Assembly: GCF_000400465.1 (NCBI RefSeq) | Contig: NW_008806292.1 | Coordinates: 150,001 to 182,000 of the forward strand | DNA: 32,000 nucleotides | Source: Wallemia ichthyophaga EXF-994 | Lineage: Eukaryota; Fungi; Basidiomycota | Reading direction: 5' to 3' | Part shown: positions 31,473 through 32,000 of the stretch, piece by piece | How positions within the stretch are numbered: position 1 is the first letter of the stretch | Layout: the number at the start of each line of letters is the position of its first letter | Notes under the pieces: generated by a model | Database searches by the model: none | Told to the model about the DNA's origin: nothing | Seen by the model: only the letters and a program-made list of their open reading frames with translations | Program-made: the position numbers and the translations under genes

Positions 31473-32000
31473 ATGGAAGATAAACCAGCGAAAGCGCATC
31501 AGCAAGCGCATGCGGGTAGAAAAGCAGAAAAGAAGGCGAAGAAGGTGGAAGGAAGTAATGGGAAAGAGAAGCCAATCAATCACAAGGTGCGTACTTGCAA
31601 AGACGCAGATATGGGTTGCTGACGAGCACCTGCGCAGGCTTTTATTAGTTCAAATATAAACACACAGAACAGGAATATTATGAGGAACGCTGAGAAAAAT
31701 CAGAAGAGACTGCATGTACCTCTGGTCGATAGAACACCAGGCGTTGATCAGGCGCCACCAGTGCTCGTAGCGGTAGCAGGCCCACCAGGTGTACGTTGCA
31801 AACATATGCAGTCGCCACTTCTAATACCTCAATCCAGGTTGGGAAAACTACACTGATGAAATCACTCATTAGACGCTACTCGAAGCACACGATCAACGAT
31901 ATCAAAGGACCTGTCACAGTCGTTGCAGGAAAAGCTCGTCGTATCACTTTTGTTGAATGTCCTAACGATATCAGTTCTATGATCGATATTGGCAAAGTTG
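31473..32000 (+). CDS. BMS1: Ribosome biogenesis GTPase BMS1, 5' part (missed by the ORF track; continues beyond the window)
   Basis: Introns 31587-31637 and 31791-31837 give KRLHVPLVDRTP..PPVLVAVAGPPGVGKTTLMKSLIRRYSKHTINDIKGPVTVVAGKARRITFVECPND. Confidence 0.93.

Noticed and set aside
31398-31869. ORF-track predictions at the right end (61, 77 and 63 aa)
   Set aside because: They are alternative frames or the antisense of spliced BMS1 exons
1-32000. Search for tRNA, rRNA, snoRNA, transposon, telomeric or CRISPR-like repeats
   Set aside because: None recognised by eye; intergenic gaps are mostly too small. Small intronic ncRNAs cannot be excluded without Infernal or tRNAscan

Overview
A very gene-dense fungal nuclear chromosome segment with spliceosomal introns of mostly 44-57 nt (GT..CTRAY..AG). 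The protein sequences look basidiomycete-like and the compactness suggests a Wallemia-type genome; that assignment is inference and not verifiable here. About 19 housekeeping genes can be reconstructed by hand: MCM4 (3' end), NAD-specific glutamate dehydrogenase GDH2, a VTC1-like DUF202 protein, a thiol/halide methyltransferase, ERG4, a divergent DDB1, a GMPPA-like protein, a Vip1-like RRM protein, a PhyH-like dioxygenase, COX18, a thioredoxin-like membrane protein, a NOP13-like RRM protein, an NCBP3-like protein, IMP1, COX20, a Cdc25-like rhodanese phosphatase, RMT3/PRMT3, SCC2, PPWD1 and BMS1 (5' end). I see no RNA genes, transposons or CRISPR arrays. Main observations: (1) six head-to-head gene pairs have ATGs only 27-38 bp apart, and four of these spacers carry TCAAGAR just before an ATG; (2) three Cox2-maturation genes (COX18, IMP1, COX20) lie within about 6 kb, with IMP1 and COX20 sharing a 27-bp spacer; (3) the PhyH-like gene has a single in-frame TAG that no plausible intron removes; (4) a GC-richer block carries a DDB1 full of low-complexity insertions. 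I found no clearly new biological system; these are leads to test.
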